Assembly: GCA_963750265.1 (NCBI GenBank)
Contig: CAVVQG010000015.1
Coordinates: 8,858 to 72,857 of the forward strand
Origin: an uncultured Actinomycetota bacterium
GTDB taxonomy: Bacteria; Actinomycetota; Actinomycetes; Propionibacteriales; Nocardioidaceae
Length of the DNA: 64,000 nucleotides
Direction: 5' to 3'
Under the pieces are notes generated by a model. The model did no database searches. It was not told the DNA's origin and saw only the letters and a list, made by a program, of their open reading frames with translations. The position numbers and the translations under genes were made by a program. Positions 42,114 to 53,596 of the stretch are shown piece after piece (position 1 is the first letter of the stretch; every line of letters begins with the position of its first letter).

Positions 42114-43360
42114 GTGACGACACGCGCTGAGGTCCTTGATGCTGCTGACCCGCTGGCCGGGTTTCGTGAGCGCTTCGTGCTGTCTGGCGACATCACCGCG
42201 TACCTCGACGGCAACTCGCTGGGGCGCCTGCCCAAGGCCACGGCGGAGCGGTTGAAGGCGTTCGTCGCAGGGGAGTGGGGTGAGCGGCTGATCCGCGGCT
42301 GGTCCGAGGGTTGGGTCGAGCTGCCGGTGACGGTCGGGGACGAGCTCGGAGCTGCTGTGCTGGGCGCCGCCTCGGGCCAGACCGTGCTCGCCGATTCGAC
42401 GACAGTGAACATCTACAAGCTGCTCCACGCCGCCGCTTCGGTACGCCCCGATCGGTCCGAGCTCGTGATCGATGTGACGAGTTTTCCGACTGACCGCTAC
42501 ATCGTGGAATCGGTGGCATCGGCACGCGGTCTCACTGTTCGATGGCTCGAGCCCGACCTGGTGGAGAACGTCACGTCCGAGGTGCTCGCCACGGTGCTGA
42601 ACGAGCGGACGGCTGCAGTCCTGCTCGGTCACGTCGACTACCGGTCGGCGACCTTGCTCGACCTCCCGGCACTCACCGCGCAGACCCATGCCGTCGGCGC
42701 CGTCATCATCTGGGACCTGTGCCACTCAGCTGGCGCCGTGCCCATCGCACTGGACGACGCTGAGGTCGACTTCGCCGTGGGTTGCACCTACAAGTACCTC
42801 AACGCCGGCCCGGGCGCTCCGGCCTATCTGTACGTCGCGGAGCGCCACCTGTCGGCAGCCACCCAGCCCATTGCGGGCTGGTGGAGCGCTGCCGACATGT
42901 TCGCGATGGCAGATCAGTACGACGCCTCGCCCACGATCACCCGCATGCTCAGCGGCACGCCACCCATCGGCGGGATCATCGCGGTGCAGGAGGGCGTACG
43001 CCTGATCGCCGAAGCCGGTATCGAGGCGATCCGGGACAAGTCCGTCGCCCTCACCGAGTACCTCGTCGAGCGGCTGGATGACGCAGGGTTCGAGATCGTC
43101 ACGCCGCGAGACGGCTCTCGTCGCGGGAGTCACGTGACGGTGCGGCACCCAAGCGCACGAGCGATCTGTGCGAGCTGATCGACCGCGACATCATCCCTGA
43201 CTTTCGCGAGCCTGACTTCATCCGGCTCGGTCTCTCACCCCTGTCGACCAGTTTCGGCGAGGTGGAGATTGCGCTGGATGCGCTCGTCCAGGTGGCTGGT
43301 GAAGGCAGCTCAGCCAGAAATATGGGAACGCTCCCAAAAACCCTTGACGAAAGATTGTGA
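42114..43360 (+). CDS. kynU: Kynureninase (frameshift ~43170)
   Basis: YLDGNSLG, WDLCHSAG, GCTYKYLNAGPG, RGSHV; DFREPD.IRLG follows in the shifted frame. Confidence 0.88.
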
Positions 43361-43389
43361 CGCAGGGCACACTCGTGGGAACGCTCCCA
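43323..43389. promoter_or_regulatory. Two CebR boxes flanking the ceb promoter
   Basis: TGGGAACGCTCCCA at 43323-43336 and 43376-43389 (consensus TGGGAGCGCTCCCA); TTGACG(43344)-N18-CACACT promoter between them. Confidence 0.88.
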
Positions 43390-43418
43390 CGGTGGGAGCT
43401 GTGGAGGAAAGGTACGAC

Positions 43419-44705
43419 GTGAATCGCATGAAGCGCATCGCCACCCTCGCAGTCTCTGCTCTCGCGGTGGGAGCACTCGCCGCTGGCTGTGGATCTGACA
43501 GCGGTGGATCTGACAAGGACGTGACTTTGCGGGTCAACCTGTTCGGGCAGTTCGGCTACGCAGATGTCTACAAGCAGTTCGAGAAGGACAATCCAGGAAT
43601 CAAGATCGTCGAGACGGCCGAGGGAGACCTCGGCAGGTACAACACCAAGCTGAGCCAGCAGATTGCCGCCAACGCGGCTGCCGGGGATGTGGTGGCGATC
43701 GAGGAGGGTCAGACCGTCAACTTCCTGCAGAGTGCCGACAAGTTCGTGAACTTCCAGGACGAGGGCGTCACAAGCTCGAAGGACGACTGGCTGCCGTGGG
43801 TGTGGGAGAAGGCCACCACGGCTGACGGCAAGACCACGATCGGCCTCGGCACAGACGTCGGAGGACTCGCGATGTGCTATCGCCGGGACCTCTTCGAACA
43901 GGCCGGACTTCCTGCAGACCGCGACGCGGTCGGCAAGCTGTGGCCGACCTGGGATGACTTCATCGAGACCGGCAAGAAGTTCCAGTCCGGTATCGGCGAC
44001 GACAAAATCCACTTCATCGACGCTGCCACCAACACGTACAACTCGATCCTGATGCAGGGCGGTGACGAGACCTACTTCGACCGCGACAACGCGCTCATCG
44101 TCGAGTCGAACCCCGCCGTCAAGTCGGCATGGGACGAAGCCAACAAGATGATCGAGGCTGGTCTCTCAGCCAAGCTCACGGCATTTTCGGATGAGTGGAA
44201 CGCCGGATTCAAGAACGGCTCGTTCGCGACAGTTGCCTGCCCAGCCTGGATGACGGGCTACATCAAGGGACAGGCCGGCGACGACTTCACCGGCAAGTGG
44301 GACATTGCCACGATTCCAGGCGGTGGCGGCAACTGGGGCGGTTCGTGGCTCGCGGTGCCCAAGAACAGCAAGCACCCCAAGGAAGCTGTCGCACTGGTGA
44401 AGTACCTGGCAGGCAAGGACGGACAGCTCGGGGCGTTCAAGTCCGAGGGCCGTCTGCCTTCGCTTCCTGCCCTGTATGACACGAGCGATCTCAAGGATGC
44501 AACCAACGCATACTTCAACGACGCTCCGGTCGGTCAGCTCTTCGTGTCCGGCGCGGCAAATCTGAAGCCGGTCTTCCTGGGCGCCAAGAACGTCCCGGTC
44601 CGTGATGCTTTCGAGAACGTCCTGCGCAGCGTTGAGGGCGGGCAGCGCTCGGAGGCTGACGGTTGGAAGGAAGCGATCAAGGCGGCGACGAAGGCCGCCA
44701 AGTAG
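43419..44705 (+). CDS. cebE: Cellobiose/cello-oligosaccharide ABC substrate-binding lipoprotein
   Basis: Lipobox LAAGC, GTDVGGLAMCYRRDL, GGGGNWGGSWLAVP; CebR boxes upstream. Confidence 0.85.
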   Translation: MNRMKRIATLAVSALAVGALAAGCGSDSGGSDKDVTLRVNLFGQFGYADVYKQFEKDNPGIKIVETAEGDLGRYNTKLSQQIAANAAAGDVVAIEEGQTVNFLQSADKFVNFQDEGVTSSKDDWLPWVWEKATTADGKTTIGLGTDVGGLAMCYRRDLFEQAGLPADRDAVGKLWPTWDDFIETGKKFQSGIGDDKIHFIDAATNTYNSILMQGGDETYFDRDNALIVESNPAVKSAWDEANKMIEAGLSAKLTAFSDEWNAGFKNGSFATVACPAWMTGYIKGQAGDDFTGKWDIATIPGGGGNWGGSWLAVPKNSKHPKEAVALVKYLAGKDGQLGAFKSEGRLPSLPALYDTSDLKDATNAYFNDAPVGQLFVSGAANLKPVFLGAKNVPVRDAFENVLRSVEGGQRSEADGWKEAIKAATKAAK

Positions 44706-44711
44706 CGTCCG

Positions 44712-44814
44712 CCGGCAGCCCGGTGACCACCGGGATGCCGGAAGGGCTGCGGTGCATCCGCATCGCCAATCCTCCGGTGCCTGCGCCCGATCTCCAGCGG
44801 GCGCAGGCACCGGA
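44712..44814 (+). other. Intercistronic stem-loops after cebE
   Basis: CCGGCAGCCCGGT/ACCGGGATGCCGG and a perfect 17-bp stem TCCGGTGCCTGCGCCCG/CGGGCGCAGGCACCGGA without a U tail. Confidence 0.7.
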
Positions 44815-44834
44815 CTGACGAAGAAAGGACTCCA

Positions 44835-45749
44835 GTGAAGCTTCGCGATCGAATCAGCAGAGCAGACACCCGGCTGGCGCCGTACGTGTTCGTGTCGCCC
44901 TTCTTCATTGTTTTCGCGATCTTCGGGCTGTTCCCGCTGGTCTACACAGCCTGGGTCTCGATGCACGACTGGAGCCTGCTGGCAGGCAACCAGGGGTGGG
45001 TGGGTCTCGGCAACTATCGCGAGCTGTTCGGCGACGGCGACTTCTGGAACGCCTTCATCAACACAATCGGGATATTCATCCTCGCCACGATCCCGCAGCT
45101 CATCATCGCCACCGTGCTCGCCCAGGTGCTCAACGGCCGCATGCGTGGGCGCACCTTCTGGCGGATGGGCGTCCTCCTTCCCAACGTCACCTCGATTGCT
45201 GCGGTCGGCATCATCTTCGGTCTGATCTTTGCCCGCGACTACGGAATCGTGAACTGGGCGTTGGGGCACCTGGGGCTTGAGCAACCGATCGACTGGCAGG
45301 CACACCGCTGGTCGTCGTGGCTGGCCATTTCGATCATGGTCGACTGGCGATGGACCGGCTACAACGCACTCATCCTGCTCGCGTCGCTTCAGGCGGTCCC
45401 CAAGGATCTGTACGAGGCCGCCCGCATCGACGGCGCTTCGGCATGGCGCCAGTTCTGGACCATCACGGTGCCGATGCTTCGACCGACCATTATTTTTGTC
45501 TCGATCGTGGCGACGATCGGCGGTATCCAGCTCTTCACCGAACCACTGCTGTTCGGATCGGGCGTCAATGCCATTGCGGGAGGAACGACCGGCCAGTTCC
45601 AGACCGTCGCGATGTACCTCGTCCAGCAGGCGTTCACGGGTCAACGGTTCGGATACGCCTCCACGATCGCCTGGGTGCTGTTCTTGTTCATTGCAGTGTT
45701 CGCCGTGATCAACGTGGCGCTGCTTCGTCGAATCAAGTCGGTGGACTGA
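44835..45749 (+). CDS. cebF: Sugar ABC permease
   Basis: EAARIDGAS loop, TM helices. Confidence 0.88.
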   Translation: MKLRDRISRADTRLAPYVFVSPFFIVFAIFGLFPLVYTAWVSMHDWSLLAGNQGWVGLGNYRELFGDGDFWNAFINTIGIFILATIPQLIIATVLAQVLNGRMRGRTFWRMGVLLPNVTSIAAVGIIFGLIFARDYGIVNWALGHLGLEQPIDWQAHRWSSWLAISIMVDWRWTGYNALILLASLQAVPKDLYEAARIDGASAWRQFWTITVPMLRPTIIFVSIVATIGGIQLFTEPLLFGSGVNAIAGGTTGQFQTVAMYLVQQAFTGQRFGYASTIAWVLFLFIAVFAVINVALLRRIKSVD

Positions 45750-45750
45750 C

Positions 45751-46590
45751 ATGTACGAGAAGACTTCTGACCGGACGCGCAATTGGGCGCTCTACCTCGG
45801 CCTCACCTTCGTCGTGCTGCTGTCGGCGGGCCCGCTGATGTTCATGGCCGTGATGGCGTCCCGCAAGAACAACGAGATCCTCAGACTTCCTCCGCCACTC
45901 AGCTTCGGCGACGAGCTCGGCGACAACATCGACCGCGTGTTCGCCAATGCCGACGTGACATTCGCGCAATCGCTCCTCAACAGCCTGATGGTGGCGACGG
46001 TGGCGACGTTCTGTGTCGTGGTGACCTCGTCGCTGGCCGGATTTGCGCTGGCCAAGCTGAAGTTTCGCGGCCGCAACGTAATGCTGCTGTTCGTCATCGG
46101 GACGATGATGGTTCCAGTCCAGCTGGGCCTGATCCCGCTGTACATGTTGATGAGCAAGCTCGGTATCGCCGGAAAGCTCGAGTCGGTCACCCTGCCGTTC
46201 CTGGTCGCCGGATTCGGGGTGTTCATGATGCGTCAGTACGCGCAGCAGGCCATCCCTGACGAGATGATCGAAGCCGCCCGCGTCGACGGCGCCTCGACGT
46301 TCCGCATCTTCTTCAGCATCGTGTTCCCCGCACTGCGTCCGGCCGCGGCGGTGCTGGGCCTGCTGACATTCATGGAGCGCTGGAACGACTTCCTGTGGCC
46401 CTATCTCACGCTCGATGCCGAGCACCCGACGGTGCAGGTGGCCCTGTCCCGCCTTTCGAGCGGCTACTACTCCGACCAGTCCTTGATCATGGCGGGCACT
46501 CTGTTGGGCACCCTGCCGCTGGTCCTGGTCTTCATCGTGTTCGGCCGCCAAATCATTGGCGGAATCATGGAAGGTGGGCTCAAGGCATGA
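45751..46590 (+). CDS. cebG: Sugar ABC permease
   Basis: [16 protein letters not shown]. Confidence 0.88.
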   Translation: MYEKTSDRTRNWALYLGLTFVVLLSAGPLMFMAVMASRKNNEILRLPPPLSFGDELGDNIDRVFANADVTFAQSLLNSLMVATVATFCVVVTSSLAGFALAKLKFRGRNVMLLFVIGTMMVPVQLGLIPLYMLMSKLGIAGKLESVTLPFLVAGFGVFMMRQYAQQAIPDEMIEAARVDGASTFRIFFSIVFPALRPAAAVLGLLTFMERWNDFLWPYLTLDAEHPTVQVALSRLSSGYYSDQSLIMAGTLLGTLPLVLVFIVFGRQIIGGIMEGGLKA

Positions 46591-47948
46591 CAGTCGACAT
46601 CTCGGCGTTCCCCGAAGACTTCTGCTGGGGCGTGGCGACTTCGTCCTACCAGATCGAGGGCGCCGTGGCCGAGGACGGACGAACGCCGTCAGTCTGGGAC
46701 ACATTTGTCCGCCAGTCGGGACGGGTGAACGGCGGCGACACGGGTGACCAGGCGATCGACCACTACCACCGGTGGTCCGACGACATCGACCTGATGGCCG
46801 GCCTGGGACTCGACGCCTACCGATTCTCGACAGCCTGGCCACGCATCCAGCCCGATGGTCGTGGGTCCGGCAATGCTGCGGGAATCGCCTTCTACGACCG
46901 GCTCGTCGACAGACTGCTGGAAAAGGGCATCACGCCGTGGGTCACCCTGTACCACTGGGACCTGCCGGAGGCGCTTGAGCAGGCCGGTGGTTGGCCCGTG
47001 CGCGAGACCGCGGAACACTTCGCCGACTACGCAGAGATCGTCGCCGAGGCGCTGGGTGACCGGGTCAAGCACTGGATCACCCTCAACGAGCCGTGGTGTG
47101 CCGCATACCTCGGCTATGCGAGTGGCATCCATGCGCCAGGGCGTACCGAGCCGGCTGCTGCGGTCGCCGCATCCCATCACCTGATGCTGGGCCATGGACT
47201 CGCCGTCCAACGGTTGAGGGACATCGTGCCGGATGCAGAGGTCGGCGTGACCTTGAATCTCTATCCGGTAACTCCGCTTGACGATTCGGGCCGCCACGAC
47301 GACGCCGTGCGGCGCATCGATGGATTGATGAACCGCTGGTTCCTCGACCCGACCCTCACCGGCAGCTACCCCAAGGACGTGCTCGTCGACCTTGCCGCGG
47401 TGACGGACGCATCGTTCATCCACGACGGTGACCTCGCCACGATTCATCAGCCGCTGGACTTCCTGGGGGTCAACTACTACACCCGACATGTCGTGGGAGC
47501 CGGACTCTGGCCGGGCAGCGCCGACGTCAGGTTCCAAACCGAGAACGGCAAGCAGCAGACCGTCAGCGGGTGGGACATTGATCCGCAGGGGCTCGTCGAC
47601 GTCCTGACCCGGCTGCAACGCGACTATCCGGCGATCCCGATCCACCTGACCGAGAACGGCGCGGCGTTCGACGACATCGTGAGCGAGGGCGTGGTCCACG
47701 ACCAGGATCGGATCGCCTTCCTCGACGGCCATCTCCAGTCGATCGCCGTCGCTCGATCGCTCGGCGTCGACGTGCGCGGCTACTTCGCCTGGTCGCTGTT
47801 CGACAACTTCGAGTGGGCCGAGGGGTATGCCCATCGTTTCGGTCTCGTGCACGTCGACTACGACACGCAGGTTCGTACGCTCAAGGACAGCGCACATTGG
47901 TACGCCAACCTCATCCGCACCCATCGAGACGCGATACTGGACAGATGA
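46587..47948 (+). CDS. bglC: GH1 beta-glucosidase
   Basis: [25 protein letters not shown]. Confidence 0.92.
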   Translation: MTVDISAFPEDFCWGVATSSYQIEGAVAEDGRTPSVWDTFVRQSGRVNGGDTGDQAIDHYHRWSDDIDLMAGLGLDAYRFSTAWPRIQPDGRGSGNAAGIAFYDRLVDRLLEKGITPWVTLYHWDLPEALEQAGGWPVRETAEHFADYAEIVAEALGDRVKHWITLNEPWCAAYLGYASGIHAPGRTEPAAAVAASHHLMLGHGLAVQRLRDIVPDAEVGVTLNLYPVTPLDDSGRHDDAVRRIDGLMNRWFLDPTLTGSYPKDVLVDLAAVTDASFIHDGDLATIHQPLDFLGVNYYTRHVVGAGLWPGSADVRFQTENGKQQTVSGWDIDPQGLVDVLTRLQRDYPAIPIHLTENGAAFDDIVSEGVVHDQDRIAFLDGHLQSIAVARSLGVDVRGYFAWSLFDNFEWAEGYAHRFGLVHVDYDTQVRTLKDSAHWYANLIRTHRDAILDR

Positions 47949-48967
47949 GCGCCATCGATTCGGGCCAGCCGACCCTAGAACAGGTCGCAGCGCTCGCGGG
48001 CGTGGGCCGGGGAACAGCCTCGCGCGTCATCAACGGCTCGCCCCAGGTCTCCGCGCACACCCGAGAAGCGGTGCTCAAGGCCGTTGAGCAGTTGGGATAT
48101 GTGCCCAACCAGGCGGCCCGCACGCTGGTCACCCGCCGTACCGGAACAGTTGCTCTCGTGATCGCGGAGTCGGAGGAACGCATCTTCGGTGAGCCCTTCT
48201 TCGCGGGCGTCGTACGGGGCATCTCCGCGGTGCTCAATGATGCTTCGCGCCAGCTCGTGCTCTCACTGGTCCAGAGCGACGACCAGGCGGCACGTCTGGG
48301 CACCTACCTCACCCGCCAGCACGTCGACGGAATCCTGCTGCTCTCCCTGCATGATGACGGCGGTTTCCCGTTGGACATCGCTTCGCGGGGCATACCGATC
48401 GTGCTCGGCGGTCGCTCGCAGTTGTGGGACTCGGTGTCATTTGTCGATGTGGACAATCGCGACGGCGCCCACCAGGCCGTCTCCCATCTCGCCAAGACGG
48501 GTCGCCGAACGATTGCGACCATCACGGGACCGTCCGGGATGGCCTCGGGCCGTGATCGCCATGACGGTTACGTTGACGCCATCCGTGAGGCGGGTCTCGA
48601 GCACGATCCAGAGCTGATCATCGAAGGTGACTTCAGCGAGGTCAGTGGACGCGAAGCCATGCGTGCATTGCTAGCTCGTCGCCCCGACATCGACGCGGTG
48701 TTCGCGGCGAGCGATCTGATGGCGATCGGGGCGATGTGGACTCTCGGTCAGCACGATCGAACCGTCCCGGACGACGTGGCTGTCGTCGGATTCGACGGCA
48801 CCGCGGGCTCGGAGACCACGGTTCCGCCGCTCACGACTGTCCGTCAACCGCTGGCGCGCCTGGGTCAGGAAATGGCCGACATGCTCCTTCGTCAGATCGA
48901 AGAGCCGGTCACCGAGGCCGAACATCTGATTCTGCCGGTCGAGCTGGTCGTACGCTCATCGGCGTGA
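47945..48967 (+). CDS. cebR: LacI-family repressor (CebR-like)
   Basis: [31 protein letters not shown]; adjacent CebR boxes. Confidence 0.85.
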   Translation: MSAIDSGQPTLEQVAALAGVGRGTASRVINGSPQVSAHTREAVLKAVEQLGYVPNQAARTLVTRRTGTVALVIAESEERIFGEPFFAGVVRGISAVLNDASRQLVLSLVQSDDQAARLGTYLTRQHVDGILLLSLHDDGGFPLDIASRGIPIVLGGRSQLWDSVSFVDVDNRDGAHQAVSHLAKTGRRTIATITGPSGMASGRDRHDGYVDAIREAGLEHDPELIIEGDFSEVSGREAMRALLARRPDIDAVFAASDLMAIGAMWTLGQHDRTVPDDVAVVGFDGTAGSETTVPPLTTVRQPLARLGQEMADMLLRQIEEPVTEAEHLILPVELVVRSSA

Positions 48968-48987
48968 CCCGCCGATAGGGTGCAGTC

Positions 48988-49729
<742 letters not shown>

Positions 49730-49735
49730 GTCCGC

Positions 49736-50041
49736 TCAGACCATCCGAACGAGCGCAGCGACGAGCGCTGCCGCGAACACCATCGGAAGAAATGGCACCC
49801 GCAGGGTGAGCAGTACCGCTGCGACGACCAGGGCCAGCACCCGGGCGTCCACCGTCAACGCTGAACCGCTGCCGAACACCTGCACCGCGATCAGCGCGCC
49901 CAACAGGGCTACCGGGATGAGATCGGCCGCCCGCACGGTCAACGGATGGATGAGGACCGCCGCGGGGACGGACAATCCCGCGTACTTCAGTGCGAAGCAC
50001 CCGACCACCATGATGGCGATGCCGAGCCAGAGAGTGGTCAT
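49736..50041 (-). CDS. azlD: AzlD-family exporter small subunit
   Basis: Hydrophobic 101 aa protein, PVALLGAL, coupled to AzlC. Confidence 0.8.
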   Translation of the reverse strand: MTTLWLGIAIMVVGCFALKYAGLSVPAAVLIHPLTVRAADLIPVALLGALIAVQVFGSGSALTVDARVLALVVAAVLLTLRVPFLPMVFAAALVAALVRMV

Positions 50042-50709
50042 GTCTCGGACTCCGTTCGCCAGAGCAGCCCGAGGACCACGGCCGCCGCCCCGCCGATGAT
50101 GATCGGCAGGCCAGCAGCGGTGACCGGAAGGACTCCCAGCGCAACGGCGGCGGCGAACACCGCAACGATGCGTGCGTGCCAGGACGACAGCCGCGGCCAG
50201 AGCAGACCGAGAAATGCCGCGCCGACGGCGGCATCGAGTCCGTACGTGCGGGGATCACCCATCGCATTGCCGGCCAACGCCCCCAGGAACGTCGAGAGGT
50301 TCCACAGCACGAAGATCGAGATGCCGGTCCAGTAGAAACCAAGCCGGGTCTGCCGGGTGGTCTCGCGTGTCACGGCCATTGCCGTCGACTCATCGATCAC
50401 AAAGTGTGCCGACGCGAGCCGAGCCGGTGCGCTCAGATCGAGCTTCCTGACCAGGCTGAGGCCGTAGAACATGTTGCGGCTGCCCAGCAGGACGGCCGTC
50501 AGAGCGCCGGTGATCGGGTTGCCGCCGGACGCGATGATCCCGATGAACGCGAACTGTGAGGCGCCGGTGAACACCAGGAGTGACAGTGCGCAGGTCTGCA
50601 ACACGCTCAAGCCCGAAGCTGTGGAGATCGCACCGAACGACACGCCGTACAGGCCTGTAGCGACACCAACCCCGAGGGAGTCGAGGATGACGGAGCGATC
50701 AGTCGTCAC
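50038..50709 (-). CDS. azlC: AzlC-family branched-chain amino acid exporter
   Basis: FTGASQF, IDESTA, GLDAA. Confidence 0.88.
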   Translation of the reverse strand: MTTDRSVILDSLGVGVATGLYGVSFGAISTASGLSVLQTCALSLLVFTGASQFAFIGIIASGGNPITGALTAVLLGSRNMFYGLSLVRKLDLSAPARLASAHFVIDESTAMAVTRETTRQTRLGFYWTGISIFVLWNLSTFLGALAGNAMGDPRTYGLDAAVGAAFLGLLWPRLSSWHARIVAVFAAAVALGVLPVTAAGLPIIIGGAAAVVLGLLWRTESET

Positions 50710-51239
50710 GTGAGGCTCGTGTGAAGCCGGATCTGCTTGACGGTGCTCCCGTCATCAGCTGCCAGCTCGCGGTGTGCCCCGTCGGGCTCCCACCCGGACT
50801 CACTCACGAAGCGGCGCAACGCATCGTCGGTCGAACCCACCCACCACACGGCACGCGTGAACTTGTCCGCTGCGAGCGTGTCGATCGCCGCCTGCAGCAG
50901 GCGGGACCCATGTCCCTCGCGCTGATGGTCGGGATCGATGATGAACTCGCCGATCTCGCCGTCCGCGACCTGATCGCTGTCCGGGTCGTATGACGGGTGC
51001 ACCAAGGTGAAGCCGCGTACGTCGGCCCGCTCCAGCGCGACCAGCACACGCATCCTGGCCTCTTTGGGAGTGCTGATCGTCGTGGCCCAACGTTCGGCGA
51101 GCTGTTCTGGGTCCAGCGCGTCGAGCTCAGCGGCCGAGATCAGCTCGGCGAAGTTCTTGCGCCACGCGGCAACCTGGATCTGCCCCATGGCTCTCGCGTC
51201 GTCGGGCCACGCGAGCCGGGCGCTGACATCCGCGTTCAC
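50706..51239 (-). CDS. GNAT acetyltransferase
   Basis: PDHQREGHGSRLL acetyl-CoA motif, GWEPDG. Confidence 0.85.
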   Translation of the reverse strand: MNADVSARLAWPDDARAMGQIQVAAWRKNFAELISAAELDALDPEQLAERWATTISTPKEARMRVLVALERADVRGFTLVHPSYDPDSDQVADGEIGEFIIDPDHQREGHGSRLLQAAIDTLAADKFTRAVWWVGSTDDALRRFVSESGWEPDGAHRELAADDGSTVKQIRLHTSLT

Positions 51240-51736
51240 AGGGCGGTGAAGCCTTCGACGAGGCCGGACTTCGCGCCGCCGGCGTCAAGCATGGCGGCAG
51301 TGCGCGACACATTCCGCAGCGTCGGCCACGTCGCCCAGGCAAGTAGCAGGATGCCGGGGAAGCCGACGATCACGATTGGCCAGCCGCCATAGGGGGCGAC
51401 GAATGCAGCAATGACGCCCGGCAGCATGGCGGCCTCGACGTAGATCAGCTTGCGCACCGTGTGCGACGTGTAGATGCTGAGCGCCTCGGCCCGCAGCTGG
51501 ACCGAGTCGGCGCTGGGGGACAGGGGAGAGGCGGAGAGCCAGACGCGTTCGGCAAGGAATGCCGCGACGGGGATCGGGATCACCAGCAGCACGGCGAGCC
51601 ATGTCGGCGGGTAGTTTGCATCGGAACCGCCGTTGAGCAGGAACAAGATCACCAGGAATGCTCCGGTGAGGGCTAGCTGGAGGGTGGCGAAGTTACGAAT
51701 CTCGCGAGGCGACGTGTTGTACTCAGCGCTCGGCAT
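51236..51736 (-). CDS. Hypothetical membrane protein
   Basis: About four hydrophobic segments; GTGA overlap with GNAT. Confidence 0.65.
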   Translation of the reverse strand: MPSAEYNTSPREIRNFATLQLALTGAFLVILFLLNGGSDANYPPTWLAVLLVIPIPVAAFLAERVWLSASPLSPSADSVQLRAEALSIYTSHTVRKLIYVEAAMLPGVIAAFVAPYGGWPIVIVGFPGILLLAWATWPTLRNVSRTAAMLDAGGAKSGLVEGFTAL

Positions 51737-51786
51737 GGTCAGAGTTTCGCACACGCTTGGTCGGCGCCGATTGATAGTCTGCCGTC

Positions 51787-52581
51787 ATGCAGGCCTACCT
51801 CGATCTTGTCCAACGGATCCTCGATGAGGGTGTGGCCAAGGGCGATCGCACCGGCACTGGCACGCAGAGCGTGTTCGGGCACCAGATGAGGTTTGACCTC
51901 CGCGACGGATTCCCGCTGGTCACCACCAAGAAGGTGCACCTCAAATCGGTGGTGGCTGAGCTGTTGTGGTTCATTGCCGGCGACACCAACACGACCTACC
52001 TCCGCGACAACGGGGTCACGATCTGGGACGAGTGGGCCGACGACAACGGCGATCTCGGTCCGGTCTACGGCTACCAGTGGCGTTCCTGGCCGACCCCGGG
52101 CGGTGAGCACATCGATCAGCTCGCGCAGGTGATCGAGCAGATCAAGACCAACCCCGACTCGCGGCGGCACGTGGTCAGTGCGTGGAACGTCGCCGAGCTC
52201 GACGCGATGGCGCTGATGCCGTGCCACGCGTTCTTCCAGTTCTACGTCGCTGAGGGACGCCTCTCGTGCCAGATGTACCAACGTTCAGCAGATGTGTTCC
52301 TCGGCGTTCCGTTCAACATCGCCTCCTATGCGTTGCTGACCCACATGGTCGCGCAGGTGGCCGGCCTCGAGGTCGGTGACTTCGTGCACACGCTTGGCGA
52401 TGCGCATCTCTACGTCAACCACCTCGACCAGGCGCGCGAGCAGCTCACCCGTGAGCCGCGTTCACTTCCCGAGCTGTGGCTGGATCCGTCCATCACCTCG
52501 ATCGACGACTTCACGCTCGACACGATCAAGGTCACGGGATACGACCCGCACCCAGGCATCAAGGCGCCGATCGCCATATGA
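51787..52581 (+). CDS. thyA: Thymidylate synthase
   Basis: DRTGTGT, PCH, YQRSAD, PFNIASY. Confidence 0.97.
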   Translation: MQAYLDLVQRILDEGVAKGDRTGTGTQSVFGHQMRFDLRDGFPLVTTKKVHLKSVVAELLWFIAGDTNTTYLRDNGVTIWDEWADDNGDLGPVYGYQWRSWPTPGGEHIDQLAQVIEQIKTNPDSRRHVVSAWNVAELDAMALMPCHAFFQFYVAEGRLSCQMYQRSADVFLGVPFNIASYALLTHMVAQVAGLEVGDFVHTLGDAHLYVNHLDQAREQLTREPRSLPELWLDPSITSIDDFTLDTIKVTGYDPHPGIKAPIAI

Positions 52582-53067
52582 CCGTCACGCTCGTCGTGGC
52601 CATGGGCACCAACGGGGTCATCGGGGCTGCCGGCGGCATCCCGTGGCGACTCCCGGCCGACTTGGCCAATTTCAAGGCGCTGACGATGGGCCATCCGATG
52701 GTGATGGGGCGGGCGACGTACGACTCGATCGGCCGGGCGCTGCCGGGGCGTACGACGATCGTCGTCACCCGACAGCAGGCGTGGAGTGCACCGGGGGTGT
52801 CTGGTGGCCCCCAGTCTGCCTGACGCGCTGACACGGGCCGCCGAGCTCGACGACGAGACCTTTCTCGTCGGAGGCGCGCAGATCTATGCCGAGGCGCTCG
52901 ACGCAGGTCTCGTCGACGCGATGGTCGTGACTCGGGTCGAGCTGGCGCCCGAGGGCGACACGTATTTCCCCGAGGTCGACTGGGACGACTGGACCACGGT
53001 GAGCCGTGAAGACCACGCTGACGACTCGCCACCGTTCACCATCACCCGCCTCAACCGCACGGGTTAG
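52578..53067 (+). CDS. folA: Dihydrofolate reductase (frameshift ~52795)
   Basis: IPW.LPAD, MGRATY, LPGR, GGAQIY, GDTYFP. Confidence 0.93.
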
Positions 53068-53068
53068 T

Positions 53069-53125
53069 TCACCAGGTGAGCTCGATCTCGAGCTTCTGGG
53101 TGGTGTCGATCTCGAACAGTGACAC
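53069..53125 (-). pseudogene. 18-codon minigene: internally deleted amphi-Trp domain protein remnant
   Basis: AAGGAGG RBS + GTG, MSLFEIDTTQKLEIELTW*; both termini resemble amphi-Trp proteins. Confidence 0.55.
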
Positions 53126-53233
53126 GGGGCCTCCTTGGTCGATGTGCGGACGACTGTAGCCAGCGCCCACAACGAGGATCGCGAGGCGGCGGTTTGCCTG
53201 CAAGACTGGGCTGACCCGATTTGAGGAGACGTC

Positions 53234-53596
53234 ATGGCTCACGGAGACATCACGCACGTCGACATTCCCGTCAGCGACAACGCCCGTGCCACCACCTTCT
53301 ACAGCACGCTGTTCGGCTGGCAGATGAATGAGTTCGAGGGCATGCCGATGTGGCAGGCACCCAACGAGATCAGTGGCGGCATGCTCGCGCCCCGAAGCGA
53401 GGGCTTCACGCAGCCGCGGTCAACCGTCGAGGTCGACTCGATCGATGACACGCTCGCACTGGCGGTCGAGCACGGTGGCAAGGTGCTGGCGGAGAAGACC
53501 CCGATCTCCGAGACGAGCTGGTGGGCGATCTTCGAGGACCCTGATGGCAATCACATCGGGATCTACGAGGGCGTCACCGACACCTCAGCTAGCTGA
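53234..53596 (+). CDS. VOC/glyoxalase family protein
   Basis: HVDIPV, FYSTLFGW, FEDPDGN. Confidence 0.9.
   Translation: MAHGDITHVDIPVSDNARATTFYSTLFGWQMNEFEGMPMWQAPNEISGGMLAPRSEGFTQPRSTVEVDSIDDTLALAVEHGGKVLAEKTPISETSWWAIFEDPDGNHIGIYEGVTDTSAS

Noticed and set aside
42075-42725. 828-aa ceramidase with a long N-terminal extension
   Set aside because: The extension is the antisense shadow of kynU; the real start is ATG 42074 behind a TACGGT box.
44166-47924. Long antisense ORFs (e.g. 538 aa, 411 aa; similar ones opposite dxr, infB, ftsK)
   Set aside because: Typical stop-poor shadow frames of high-GC coding sequence with no protein motifs.
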